A stretch of DNA of 64,000 bases from Amoebidium appalachense (Eukaryota; Protista; Ichthyosporea): NCBI GenBank assembly GCA_963693365.1, contig CAVNZM010000009.1, positions 514,963 through 578,962 on the forward strand, in the 5' to 3' direction. Position 1 is the stretch's first letter, and every line of letters starts with the position of its first letter. This document shows, in pieces, positions 1 to 39,204 of this stretch. Below the pieces are notes generated by a model. That model saw nothing but the letters and a program-made list of their open reading frames with translations. It did no database searches and was not told where the DNA came from. Made by a program: the position numbers and the translations under genes.

Positions 1-995
1 TTTTGTAAGGTCGTCTCTTACATGTGTATCTCGTTGAGTAAAAGTGCTGTCACACTGTGACCCAGAATTGGTGCCGGCACCTCATCACAGATCACATATA
101 AGCATATATGTCGTTAATAAAGAAAAATTCACACACCCCAAATATAGATAGTGGTGTAAAATTTTCCAGATAATGCTGCGTGTGTGTGTGTAAATTTTTT
201 TTTTTTTTTTTTTTTTTCTTCTTTTGACTGGATTTATTCGACGGAAAGATATGCAAGTATGCACGGCATACTGAGAAGACAATAAAAACTTCACGAGTTA
301 TTCAGTAACAAGTGCATACTGAGATACCTGAACACTGTGTGAAAATCATATAAATACTCAATGTGACGACCAACAGAATTCAACAAAAAGTCTAAAGTGT
401 TCACATTGCCAGCTAGTGTAGCAGATACCCGGAGGGAAAGAGGTAAAACGCGACATAAAAATTCACACCTATCAACATGCTTGCGATTAAAAAGGTCAGC
501 ACAAAAGTGGCATTTTAGTGTTTAAAATGTATATTTTTGAATATTGGGAAACAAGTCTATTCACTTTCTAATTCGGTGACCCAGGCCTGCAAAGAGAGTT
601 TTGATTTTTGCCAGTGACGCCATTTTTTCGTTCTGTCCGCGGTGGCCGCGTCCCCCGGGAAGGGGAGGGGGGCTTTGACGCAGTAACACAGTCGTGAGGT
701 TAATTTTTCTCGTATAGTGCCACGCCGCAACAATCAATCGATAAAGAGGCCTAGGCCGAATATGCACTCACCATTTATTCAGTCACGCACAACTAAAGAA
801 AGACCCAGCCGCAGTGACTGTCCAATTGAATCGTGGCTTGGGGCTGCGGGGACATGTGGCTCAGTGCACCTCTGAGTCAGGTGTGCGCATGAGGCGCACC
901 TGTGTGTGGTGTGTGTGTGTGGGGGGAGGGGGGAGGGTTGGGGGGGGGGAGGGGAACGGGGGGGAGAAGGGGAGGGTGTGTGTGTGTCTGTGCGC

Positions 996-1059
<64 letters not shown>

Positions 1060-1537
1060 ATGTGTGCGTGTGTGTGTGTGCGCGTGCGCAAATTGCGTGT
1101 GTGGACATCATTTAGGCTTGTGTCGCGTACAAAAGTGCACATAAACCCATCAACATTGTAGTGTAAACTAATACTAACAGTTTGTGCGTGCACACAAAGT
1201 GAACCAGTCTAGAGGTCGGACATCACCAGAGTAGTGACACCGCTTTTCTCGAGTATCTGTAATGTAATGGTTTCACGCTGCCACCGCATCCTCATGCATC
1301 ATGTGGTAAGAAAACATTGTTATAGTCATGCTATCAAAAAGAGGGGTGTGGGGGAGTGGGGGGAAAAGGGGGGGGTGGGGGGAAGAAGGGGGTTTTAAGG
1401 CAGAACATAATACGAAGCACAACTACACCATGAAAAACACAGTGCAAGACACGTAAGGGCAAACACTCAAGCATGCACCAACACAGCGCATGCAAGTGCT
1501 ACTGACATGAGCCAATCCCATTCTCCAAGGGGACCAA

Positions 1538-1572
<35 letters not shown>

Positions 1573-2013
1573 TCTAGAATCAGGAACGAGAAAATGTGTG
1601 CGCGTGTGCCTGTACCCGGGTGCTTTTGTGTTGTGTATGCCCACGCACATGTAGGTGTTTACGCCCACGACAATTTGTGTGCACACACGCATGTGTGTCC
1701 ACGCACATGTATGTGCGCGCAGCGCGAGGTCGGAGAATGGAGTTAAAGCGTTCAGGCAGGAGGGGACGCTGGGGAGGGGTGCACGGGGGGGGGGGGGGGG
1801 GAGGGGGGGGAGGGGGGCGGGGGGCGGGGGAGGAGAAGGGGAGGGAGGCTGAGCCGCTGAGGCCTAGGACGGGGGGAGGGGGACGCCTAGGGACCCCGGG
1901 GAGAGGGGAGATCTAGAGGGAGGGGGGAGGGCTAGCTCCGTTCACGAGGTACCCTTGTGTTGGCTTGTGACAGAGGAATTGCGGGAGGTGGTGGTGGTGG
2001 TGGTGGGGGGGGT

Positions 2014-2057
<44 letters not shown>

Positions 2058-2129
2058 GGAGATCGCCCACTGCATTATGATCAACTCCATCATGATTAAC
2101 ATTAGTCGTAAAACTTGCGCATTTACTGT

Positions 2130-2169
<40 letters not shown>

Positions 2170-2648
2170 GGGCCAGCATACATGTGGGACCCCCCAAACC
2201 CCCGTCTCTCTAGATTATACTGGATAGAGATCTATGGATAGGAGAGGTACGGTCAACCCCCCCCCCCCCCCCCGTGTACATGCTATCAGCAATCCACAAA
2301 GTTTGGTAGGGTTTATTCCCCCCCCCCCCCCCCCCCCCCCCCCTTTGGGCCCCCCGTGTACATGCTATCAGCAATCCACAAAGTTTGGTAGGGTTTAATC
2401 CCCCCCCCCCCCCCCCCCCCCCCCAAAGGGGGGGGGGGGGGGGGGGGGGGGGGGAGAGAGAGAAAGAGAAGGAGAGAGAGAGAGAGAGAGGAGCAGTAAA
2501 GCTGCATCGAACGGACCGGGTTTGGAGCACATGGCTACTACAAACATAGATTCAGGACCTTCAAGGCCTGTCGAGCTCAATCATCGCTAAAACCACAATT
2601 GGAGACGAGGTGGGTCCGACCGTGTTTCCACGCCTGAGGGGGGCAGGG

Positions 2649-2680
<32 letters not shown>

Positions 2681-2739
2681 AAAGAGAGAGAGAGAGAAAG
2701 AGAGAGAGAGTGTGTGTGCATGCGCGCGGGGGCTGGGAA

Positions 2740-2780
<41 letters not shown>

Positions 2781-3353
2781 ATCTGGGTGATGATCCCATC
2801 ACATGAATTACAGAAAAAGTTTTTTTTATTCAGCTGCCACTTCACAGGCACTCAATCCACGCAGGCCATGTCAGTGTCTGGTGTATCACACACACCGCAT
2901 ATTTACACGGACTATCCCGATATCTCGTTTTTGCACATAGCTTGAAAAGCTTCCCTCACCCCAATCGTGTGCAACTCGTCAAAACCATCACATTAGCATT
3001 TTGTGAATAAATAAACATAAGTGGGGGGAGGCGAATCATTTTTTTGTGTCGCGTGGGTGAGAGCACTTCTAAAACAACATTTTGCTGTGTAATCTAAACA
3101 TGCCGCACACCTGCGCTTGCAAATGCATTTCTCTTTTTCTTGACGGAAGCATATAGGATCACCCACCCTAACCCTTCCCTCTCCACATTAAAAAGGTTCG
3201 ACACAGTTATGAAAACAAACAAACAAACAAACAAAACAAAACGAAAAAAAAAACAAAAAACAAACAAACAAAAACAATAAAAACATGACCAACAAACACG
3301 GTTCTGAAAACAAAAAAAAATCAACAGAAAACCAACAAACACTTTTCAAGTTT

Positions 3354-29006
<25,653 letters not shown>

Positions 29007-29300
29007 GGTTGCAGTGCTAGGCCGCTACGCCACGACTGTGCGCTGAGACTAAACGCTACTCCTATCCCTCTCTCTTTCTTTCCTGCCTACACGCGCGCAC
29101 CCGAGTATACACCTCTCTCTCTCTCTCTCCTTCCAGCCTGTCTTGCTGGCGACTCTGCCGATCATGTGCGCCGCCCGGAACTTTTCTGCAGCAGCCAACA
29201 AGGCCGATGCGATTGGCTGCTCCGACCTTACGTAAGGAAGACAACATCTGTTGACGTCATCAGGCGGCACTCAGTTCAACAACAGATCGCAGGGCCCGGG
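29007..29300 (-). promoter_or_regulatory. BRR2 5' UTR / proximal promoter
   Basis: CpG-rich stretch upstream of the ATG with GATTGG (CCAAT box, 29211-29216), palindrome CTTACGTAAG (29227-29236) and CRE-type TGACGTCA (29252-29259). Confidence 0.5.
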
Positions 29301-29575
29301 TATCATACCATACAGGAGTGGGCAATTTTTGATTTCTCCCTCCCCGGCCCCACCAGAGAAAATTTGATCTTTTTGGACCTCAAAGAAGTCAAATCCTGCA
29401 AAATCCACTACCGGGAGGCCAAAAAAGGGTGATTTCACAAAAAAGCAGGGTCATACATGAAAAAAAGAAAATAGGCGAGTTCAGTGGGCTGCCGATAAGT
29501 ATATTTCGTGCCTAACACGTACTGACGTGTTGCCCGTGCGACGTTATTATACATCTACTCAGGCGGCCCTTTTAA

Positions 29576-31014
29576 CCCCGCGTTGTTCCCTGTGCCATAT
29601 ATGGCACAAAAAAAAAAATTATGTACCCGAGATTCAAAAATCAAAATCTCGCGCTGCAGGCCACCTACGGAGGTGCTTTTTGCTTACCTAATTAGGTTAT
29701 GTATTTTCCTTTGGTAAGAAAGTCAAAGTTACCGGTATATAATTTAGTTTTCTAGGTTAGGTAAGCGTTTTCCTTCGAGGGGTCTATATTTTCAGAAGTG
29801 GCCGGCAATTTTCGCGTCCGGCGGCTTGTGCCCTATCCCGGGATTTGGCTCAGCCGTTGGCTGAGGCAGTCAGCCAAAATTACACATTCCAACGCCTGTG
29901 CAATAAAAAAGCATATGTGCTTGATTTTAGCGGTTTTGGGTGCTTCTGCTTGAATGAAAGCTATAAAAACAACACAGAAACATATATTATCATTGAAACT
30001 TAATATACTTTAAACCCCATTTGCACAAAAAACGGGGAAAATGAGCAGGAGCTCCCAGTTTCGCTACCAGCCGATAGCGTGGTCACCTCGTACTACATAG
30101 ATCAGGGGTCTCAATAGATCACACCGTGCAAAGCATCTATAGTCTGATCTATAGACACGCGACGAAATACGGTATGGGTTTTTAGATTTCATAATAACAA
30201 ACATGCAAGAAAGATGCAAATTATATGCTAATGCGCTAATATCTCTAAAGAAAAGGCCTTTTAGGGAAATGCAATATGCTTTCAATGTGATGCTCACCCT
30301 GTACGCAAAACATAAAGAAACAAAACAGAAGCGCAGACGATAGCTCAGAAAGGGGTTCATTGCATCCGGAGTGAGGTGATCTATACTTGTTCACGCTGAT
30401 AGGCTGGGCTGTCGACAATAAAACACGACGTGTGAAAATGGTTTTGTAAACGGGCGATATAAACAGGCATGGTATATTGTTGATTATCATTTTGACGCTT
30501 GAATAACTTAAATTATATTATCTGCTCAGTACACGATCATAATCAATACTGCATTACAGGGAAAGGAAGAACCTTTTGCGATATATACTTCAAACACACC
30601 ATGAGAACCGCCTGTCATTGGTGTTATATCATGCATTATGCTTCTCCAGTCTTCAGGTATGCACAAATAGTGGCTTAAAAGCGGCTCGTCTCTCATAAAT
30701 CCTTCAGATGCACTCGAGCGTGATTGACCGGATGATCAGCCGGAAAAGCGGTTTTTTGCTTTACGTGTATCTAATTTACAGGGTTCATGCGCCTTGAGCC
30801 CCAAATCGGCCGCGAAAAAGTCACAAAAGTGTGTCCGATCACGTGGTCGCAGCACGTGTTCCTACTTATAAACCCGCGTTTTTTTTTTACGGATGCCTAG
30901 ATGACACACATATCGTGCTCGGGTTGTAATGGTAATCGGAAATAATCATTTCTTCACATTAAAGTATACATGTGTTTCAGACTCATTTTGCCTGAAAACG
31001 GGAACAACGCGGGG
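29576..31014. mobile_element. Non-autonomous piggyBac-type DNA transposon (1439 bp)
   Basis: Perfect 15-bp TIRs CCCCGCGTTGTTCCC (29576-29590) and GGGAACAACGCGGGG (31000-31014), TTAA on both sides (29572-29575, 31015-31018), subterminal palindrome TGTGCCATATATGGCACA, and an AT-rich interior with no transposase ORF. Confidence 0.9.
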
Positions 31015-31017
31015 TTA

Positions 31018-31051
<34 letters not shown>

Positions 31052-31739
31052 AAGAAAGGAGACACGGCCTCAGTAGATGGTAGATTTCGTGCTGCCGGTA
31101 TACATGCTGCCGTGGTTGTTGCTCTAGACGGCAGTATGGCATTGCATGTGTCACGTGACCTGCACGTGAATGCGACCATGTGCAGGCACTGATTCTAGGG
31201 GGATTTGTGTGTGTGTTTTGGAGCACCGTCAAGGCAGAGGATGTGTAAACATGAAGTTTAGGGAGATCGTGCTGCTATTGTAACATGTGCACAAAACAGC
31301 CACGTGCACCACACTCCGGTGTACAGAACAATAATATGCACACGCGTCACTGTAATACCATGTATGCGCATGCCGCACAAGGTTTAGGAGACCACCACAG
31401 TATATACTATTTTCTTTTGGTTGATATCCATGTAGGAATGGTGTGTTGCAATTGTCATGATCAGCCTGAGGCAGGCACGTGTATTTACTGAATTACTAGA
31501 ACTAATGAATAAAATATACATTTGCTAAAAATGGCAAGGTAAATTGGGGCCAATTTATTATTTCCCCTTTTTTAAACGTTTTTTTAGCTCCAAGAACTTC
31601 GACGCCAAAATTTCTATATTTGGCTATCGTATATGATAATGAACACGTGTATTTAGAGTAGTTATGATAAATATGAGCGGCCCGTTACAAATACAGTGAC
31701 TTGAAAAACAGTGACCCACGAGCAGTTTTTCTTTTTATC

Positions 31740-31770
<31 letters not shown>

Positions 31771-32306
31771 ACACACCACCACCACGGTGACCACCACTAC
31801 CACCACCACCACCACCACTCCCCCCCCCCAAAAAAACCACACACATACATGCACGTGTACACACACACACAGAACACCACCACCACCTCCACTGGACCCC
31901 ATTTCCTCGTTGTTTTCTTAAGCCTTCAGACCAGTCCTGTACACTGGAGTTAAACAATTGAATTCACTGAGGCTGACATGCATCCACCCCCGCCTTCCAC
32001 TTCCCTCCCCCCTCCCCCCTCACCCACCTCCACCCCCACCCCCTCCCCCTCAACGAAGAAGGGCCCCCGTAAGCCTTGGGGGGGGGGGGGGGGGGAAGGG
32101 GGAGCTCTCGAGCCTCCGGGTAGGGAAGTGGGGTCCGGGGATTCGGAGAGGGGGGGGGGGGGGGGGGGGGGGAGGGGCATATAATATTGGGCCTAGATAT
32201 CATAGTATGGGGCCACGGGGGAGGGAGAGGTGGAAGGGGGGGAGGATCCACGGGAAAGACCTTTAGGTGCATGTTCTTATTTATAAGTTAGACCCCCTTC
32301 AAATCA

Positions 32307-32353
<47 letters not shown>

Positions 32354-32539
32354 TGAGTGCAGGCCGGGACGTAGCTACGGACATGCAGCGCGGCTTCATG
32401 CAAAGGAGGGGGAGAGAGGAAGCTGGATCGTGAACCCTCTACCAAAAAGTGAAAGAGATACCTATGCAAGGAGGCCTGCACACACTTAACGTACCCATTC
32501 CAGACTCGCACGGGCACAGGCACTAATATAGGGCTCTAT

Positions 32540-32589
<50 letters not shown>

Positions 32590-32879
32590 ACGCAAACCCA
32601 CATCCACACACCTGCATACACGGAGGCGTCCAAATTGACATTAGAAGAAGTTATATAGACAAAACATCAACCCAGCCCTCAAACACGTACTACATACTAC
32701 AGCCACCCCCACATATGGCCACCCACACAGTAACGGACATGCCTGGCAACAAACACACCTGAGTGGTCTGCACACACACATTAGCACGGACACTTACACA
32801 CACACAACATGCAAACACACACGAGACAAAAATGCACAGCACTGACCCACGTGCGCACATGGGCACGTCCACTTGCACA

Positions 32880-33848
32880 GGCACAGAACCTGAAGATGGG
32901 TTAAGGCTCAGCACGTTTGCATTTCTGGACGAGCACCCCAGCGGCCCAGCCTGGTTCCACATCTACAGTCACCAACAAGCCAAAGGTGTGCCTTTGCATC
33001 TTCACGCAAGTGTGCCACTCACTATGTTTCCGTTGATGGAGCCAAGGACACCAGCTAGTTGCAGTATCCACAGCGTGGGTGAAATAAGGCACCCTGGTAG
33101 TGGCGGAAAGTAATAGTGATATTAGTGGTTTGGTGGTGGTGGTGGTGGGTGGGGGGGGGTGGGGGGGATACTATGATATTAATAAAAATCACTGTCCACA
33201 CCCGTAATGGTTGAGGATCTTGCTTGTTGATTTCCGTTTTTTATAATCCCCCCCCCCCCCCCCCCCAAAAAAAAAAAAAATGTTTAGCCCTGCTCGTTTC
33301 TTTTCAAGACGGGTGACCCACACATGTTCAAGTGAAGCCGTATCTGAGTTTGGTTTCGTTGAGAAGATAATGGGTCGAAAATCTGGTACTGCGGATGACT
33401 TGGGTCCCTGTGAGGATGGGATTTGGTAAGTAAGCATACGTGGCTTATGTGTTCCACGGGCTTGCACTCCGCATTGTGTTATCAGTTATGATTGTGTGTG
33501 TGTACTTCAAAATCCATACCTCATATTCTAAACCCCCTTATGTGGTCAACATACACTACACTTTTTACCTTACAACCATCACCACTTGCCATCCCGCACA
33601 CAACAGACAACATCCTTACCCACTTGCTCCGTCACATTTACACCCCCGCACACCCTGGCCACACAGCACGTAATACCCACAAATTTATTCCCTCGCTCTT
33701 ACACCCACGGACTCAGCAACTCAGCACCGCATCTACCACCTCCACCACTACCACCAGGTGCGGGCATGTACACACACACACACACACCCATGGCACCATC
33801 CAATACCAACACACACACACACACACGTGGCACCATCAGAATACCAAC

Positions 33849-33943
<95 letters not shown>

Positions 33944-34230
33944 CCACACAGCTTTCTCCCAGGGCCAGCTGCAACTTCCATTCGCCTCACCTTCCCGGTC
34001 ATCCCGGAAACTGCAGAGCGCCAAACACCCAATGCAGCGTACATTCAGCACCTTCTAACGAGATGCTCCTTCTTATTTCCCTCGTTGCCATTGGCTGTGG
34101 CCTTATCGAAGCATAGGTGATGATGTTTGCTGCCAGCCTGGTGGTCTGCTCCAACACAGATGGCACGGTTGGCGGTAGTCTGCTCGAAAAAGGAATTTCC
34201 ACCATCTCTTGGGCCATGGGCTGCACAGTA
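32880..34230 (+). pseudogene. Degenerate hAT-like (DUF659/RNase H fold) transposase remnant, apparently intron-containing
   Basis: Fragments in expected order across frameshifts: YVSVDGAKDT (~33020-33050), ETAERQTPNAAYIQHLL (~34005-34056), VVCSNTD and GSLLEKEFP..PWAAQ (~34140-34230). These resemble the DUF659 motifs SxDGWxD, TAEYI, VVTDNA and GxLLxxxFPHxxWxPCAAH. Confidence 0.4.
33288..33532 (+). mobile_element. Old, diverged Penelope-like element copy E
   Basis: Blocks CCCTGCTCGT..CAAGACGGGTGACC..TATCTGAGTT..GGTCGAAA..GGATGAC..TGAGGATGGG are collinear with copy A. Ends ATTCTAAA + CCCCC and is preceded by a C-run then an A-run. Confidence 0.65.
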
Positions 34231-34280
34231 GGCGAATGTATTTGTATGTTAGTAGGGCCGGAAGGGCGGGCGGACGGGCA

Positions 34281-34319
<39 letters not shown>

Positions 34320-34875
34320 CTTAGTTTTCATAAACTTTTACCCGAAAACTTAAATATTGGTGCCGGTTGCTTTCGAATATGGTCAAAAATCTTTTGTGTG
34401 CAGTGGGAGGAGGCTATCACACTGTGCGACCCATACCCATATCACCACTATCACCACGTTTGTGTACATATTTGAAACATACGTGGCTTCCAGCGTGGCT
34501 TCCTATTGATGCAAAAGTTGTAAAATTCGCAATCATACAAGTATTTCTCGTTATGCCTAGGACAAGCTTGCACAGAAACGAGAGAGTGCAAACGCCTCCC
34601 CAACGTACTTGAGTTACGTCAAGTGGAAGAAGGTCTTGAAGTCATGAGCGGATAGGAGCATATAAGGACTGATTTTAGCAGGCATTGTGTTGATAGTATT
34701 ATTGTACTTGTACTGGGTGACGCAGGTGCCATTGGGCATCCTCTGCGTGGGTTAGGTGTGTGTGTCGGCACGGTACAGTGTATGTATAGGAGAACAAGTG
34801 AGCACCGTTTTAAATTATAGCGCTCCTGTAGTGTCTGTCGTGCCGTCACCGCATACATGAAGTGGCATACAAGGT

Positions 34876-36620
34876 AGACTTACGCTCACTCCACAATATG
34901 TGTATGTTAGCTTTACAATTGGTTCCGTGTACACAGACACACGCTGACACTCGATCACCACATGCACATCTGCATAGTTGAGGAATGTTGCCAATTGTGT
35001 TTTGACTGCAAACGATTGGTTCACTGGTCCCAGAGATCTCTAAATGAAAGTAACCAATCCGATTAGCACCTGGCATCCGGATTACATTCCAGACTGCTGC
35101 CCCACGGGTATATAAGCCACGTCTCTGCCAGGTGCAGAAATGGAGTTCAGTGATGGAGTAAAGACATGGAGTTCAGTCATGGAGTTAACACACTGAAAGC
35201 AGTAAAAAACGGGTCAGCGCCCAAGCGCGCCACGACGACCCTAGTCACAGCGGACTCTACTTCCAACAGGGTTATGGGCCCAGACACGACACCGCGGCCT
35301 CTAACTTCATTAGAGACTTTCGCTTCCACAAACTCCATCCGCAGCAGCCTGCGACATCAACGTCAAGTATTCCACTTCATTGGCGGGGCACGCACCACAG
35401 TGGAATGCACACCCCGGTCTACCCTGCAAGCAGCCACACTCACTCTCTCTTCTCTAGTGGTGTGTACACTTCTCCAATTGGGTAGGGGTGTTGGAGTGCA
35501 GACTTACGCTCACTCCACAATATGTGTATGTTAGCTTTACAATTGGTTCCGTGTACACAGACACACGCTGACACTCGATCACCACATGCACATCTGCATA
35601 GTTGAGGAATGTTGCCAATTGTGTTTTGACTGCAAACGATTGGTTCACTGGTCCCAGAGATCTCTAAATGAAAGTAACCAATCCGATTAGCGCCTGGCAT
35701 CCGGATTACATTCCAGACTGCTGCCCCACGGGTATATAAACCACGGCTCTGCCAGGTGCAGAAATGGAGTTCAGACATGGAGTTCAGTCATGGAGTTCAG
35801 TCATGGAGTTCAGTCATGGAGTTCAGTCATGGAGTTCAGTCATGGAGTTCAGTCATGGAGTTCAGTCATGGAGTTCAGTCATGGAGTTCAGTCATGGAGT
35901 TCAGTCATGGAGTTCAGTCATGGAGTTAACACACTGAAAGCAGTAAAAAACGGGTCAGCGCCCAAGCGCGCCACGACGACCCTAGTCACAGCGGACTCTA
36001 CTTCCAACAGGGTTATGGGCCCAGACACGACACCGCGGCCTCTAACTTCATTAGAGACTTTCGCTTCCACAAACTCCATCCGCAGCAGCCTGCGACATCA
36101 ACGTCAAGTATTCCACTTCATTGGCGGGGCACGCACCACAGTGGAATGCACACCCCGGTCTACCCTGCAAGCAGCCACACTCACTCTCTCTTCTCTAGTG
36201 GTGTGTACACTTCTCCAATTGGGTAGGGGTGTTGGAGTGCAGACTTACGCTCACTCCACAATATGTGTATGTTAGCTTTACAATTGGTTCCGTGTACACA
36301 GACACACGCTGACACTCGATCACCACATGCACATCTGCATAGTTGAGGAATGTTGCCAATTGTGTTTTGACTGCAAACGATTGGTTCACTGGTCCCAGAG
36401 ATCTCTAAATGAAAGTAACCAATCCGATTAGCACCTGGCATCCGGATTACATTCCAGACTGCTGCCCCACGGGTATATAAGCCACGTCTCTGCCAGGTGC
36501 AGTCATGGAGTTCAGTCATGGAGTGCAGCCATGGAGTTAACACACTGAAAGCAGTAAAAAACGGGTCAGCGCCCAAGCGCGCCACGGCGACCCTAGTCAC
36601 AGCGGACTCTACTTCCAACA
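34876..36620 (+). mobile_element. Tandem-array TRIM (non-autonomous copia-type LTR element): LTR-int-LTR-int-LTR
   Basis: LTRs at 34876-35268 (5' ~11 bp missing), 35489-36009 and 36230-36620 with termini TGTTGGA...TCCAACA. Two 220-bp internal segments (35269-35488, 36010-36229) begin with GGGTTATGGGCCCAG (complement of the tRNAi-Met anticodon arm, the copia half-tRNA PBS) and end with the PPT GGGTAGGGG. Each LTR has CCAAT and TATATAA. Flank AGGT(C) occurs on both sides. Confidence 0.9.
35762..35927 (+). repeat. 13-bp minisatellite (CATGGAGTTCAGT)n inside the TRIM LTRs
   Basis: About 13 units in LTR2 versus 4 in LTR1 (35138-35186) and 3 in LTR3 (36501-36538). LTR lengths (404 reconstructed, 521, 391) differ by multiples of 13. 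Confidence 0.95.
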
Positions 36621-37439
36621 AGGTCTACATTTCTTTCTCGGCCTTGGTCCGCAGAAAGACAAGCCCAAGACCACCCATTCTGTACTATTAATTTGGTTTT
36701 TGGTGGCCCAGTTGATGCAATTGCACCGGTAATGCCCGTATTATGTATGAATATGGCTCTATGAAGGCATAAAATAGATAAAGCACATGATGTATGATGT
36801 GAGTATACATACGGACCAGCGGCATCCGATGATTACAATACATACACGGTGCGAGAACAGAAAGATGCATACATCTCGCGAGGATCCACCCTTATATATG
36901 GATTTCAAAAGCCCCCCCCCCCCCCCCCCCCCCCCCCCAACAACAACAACAACAAAAAAAAAAAAAACAACCAACCAACCCCACCACTACCACCGTGACC
37001 ACTGGCCACACTGCACACACACACACACACAAAAAAAAATAAATAAATAAATAAATAAATAATAAGGATTCGAAAAGGAGAAGAAAAAAGAAAAAAAAGA
37101 AAAAGAAGAAAAGAAAAAAAACGCCCTACATATACTCAGTACACACACTATGCACACACACGCAGACACCATACTTGGTAAACTTATCCACAGCTTATCA
37201 CACAGAATGAGCAGGTCACACGTGCACCGTATACTCGAACTACTGCACGTACTAGACACACGTGCACACATTGTGACACACATAAACACACACAGTATCC
37301 GCAGACCCACAGTTTTTCGAACACAAAACAAGCGCCACGATGTATATACACAGGATGTATACACAGGACACACACGCGTGAACACACATCCCAACATATA
37401 CCGGGCCACAGGCCCTTCGAGTCTCTCCACATTCTACAC

Positions 37440-37482
<43 letters not shown>

Positions 37483-37746
37483 CCCCCCCCCCCCCCCCCC
37501 CCCTCCCCCCCCCCCCCCCTCGAGCTCCCGGCCGGAGGCGGCTCGGAGCACCCCTCCGGCCCGGAGCTCTCAAGTTGAGTTGCCACTAGTACCGGTACGG
37601 GCCGGACTATTCTCTTTCGCGTATGTCGCTGCCATTGTGTACTTTCCTTTCATCCCAGTAGTACTTCGTTGCACAACGTCATCATCGGAAATCCAATAGT
37701 CATGAAGAAACGACAATCATTCGGATCATGCATTGCCCCCCCCCCC

Positions 37747-37777
<31 letters not shown>

Positions 37778-37822
37778 ACACCGGTGCCCCCCACACACAC
37801 AGTCTCTCTCTCTCTCTCTCCT

Positions 37823-37853
<31 letters not shown>

Positions 37854-38270
37854 TCTCAGCTCTCTCTCTCGAGCTCTTTGCCCCTCGGCCCTCATTCGTA
37901 CATACCGCAAGTACGGGGGCCGTTTATAATAATAATTAGCAGCTGCTATGCATGCCACGTGCACTAGTGTTTTGAGAGGCACCGGTGCGTAGCTGTATGA
38001 CACATATGCATGTTATCGTGAAGGCCCTGCAGCTGCAGCTGCTTCTATGCCTGCCACAATTGCAGTTAAAAAATCAATCTGTCCAGGACTTCGGCCCCTC
38101 CATCGGCCCCCATCCTCTGGGCCGGGTCTCTGCCTCACACTGAAAGTGCAACGATCCCCCCCACACTGAACACATCACGGCCGTGCAGGCTGCATGCGCA
38201 CAGTGCACTGAGTTGCGACAGGTGCACATGCACACGTACGTCATTTATATCCAGTGACCAGACTCCACCC

Positions 38271-38311
<41 letters not shown>

Positions 38312-38791
38312 AACCCACCATCACACATTTTTCACATTAACACAAACACACACACATCATGATGTACACATAGCTGATCAAATGAAATGAATCACAAACA
38401 CACCTGTAAATACACACACACACACACGGTGCACACACGTGCCCGCACACGCATACACACTTAGTCTATCGCATGAACGTGCCACCACCGTCTCACTAGT
38501 CTGCCTGCCAGCAGCAGTGTCCATAAGTGAACACGGCATACAGTATCATAATACTTTGAGGAGGGTTCGGGTGCACCACGCGTTACACAGAAACTGAAAA
38601 ACAATTGCCGGGTTGCAGTCGTGGAGTTGGATGGAGCGGGTTTGAATTTAATATGGCAAACGTTTACCATGAGATATGCACCCGAATAGGATACGGAACA
38701 GCCTCCAACCCCAGCCCAGTCACTGTGGTCCCAGGCTGAATCACATACCGCCTTTTTTTTAAAGCTCTGTTTCTTTCCCTTTTTTTCCTCT

Positions 38792-38837
<46 letters not shown>

Positions 38838-38843
38838 GGCGGG

Positions 38844-38875
<32 letters not shown>

Positions 38876-39152
38876 AGGGGTTCCGTGTGCACACACGGTG
38901 AGCTAGACAGCAGCAGCAACGGGACATGGTGTGGTGTGATAGATGCATTCATGCGGTTGTGTCTTCCTTCAGAGCTATTCTGCCGTGAAGCCTCCCTGCA
39001 GCTCAGGCTCAGGATGATGGTACGTGTTGTGGCCTTCATGAGATATACGGCCTGAATACTTCGTGCATACCCCACAGTCTTAACCCCCCGCAAAAAAAAG
39101 AAAAAAAGAAAAAGAAAAAAAAGACAAGCAAAAAAAAACAGGTGCGCAGGTG

Positions 39153-39204
<52 letters not shown>

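Noticed and set aside
1-800. AT-rich segment as a transposon or gene
   Set aside because: No paired terminus or protein motif is visible; it may continue outside the window.
2305-2400. TAGGGTTT as a telomeric repeat
   Set aside because: Single units within a duplicated cassette, not a tandem array.
35762-35927. 13-bp array as a CRISPR array, or the ORF 35790-36275 as a repeat protein
   Set aside because: There are no spacers; it is a pure tandem repeat inside an LTR, and the ORF is a by-product.
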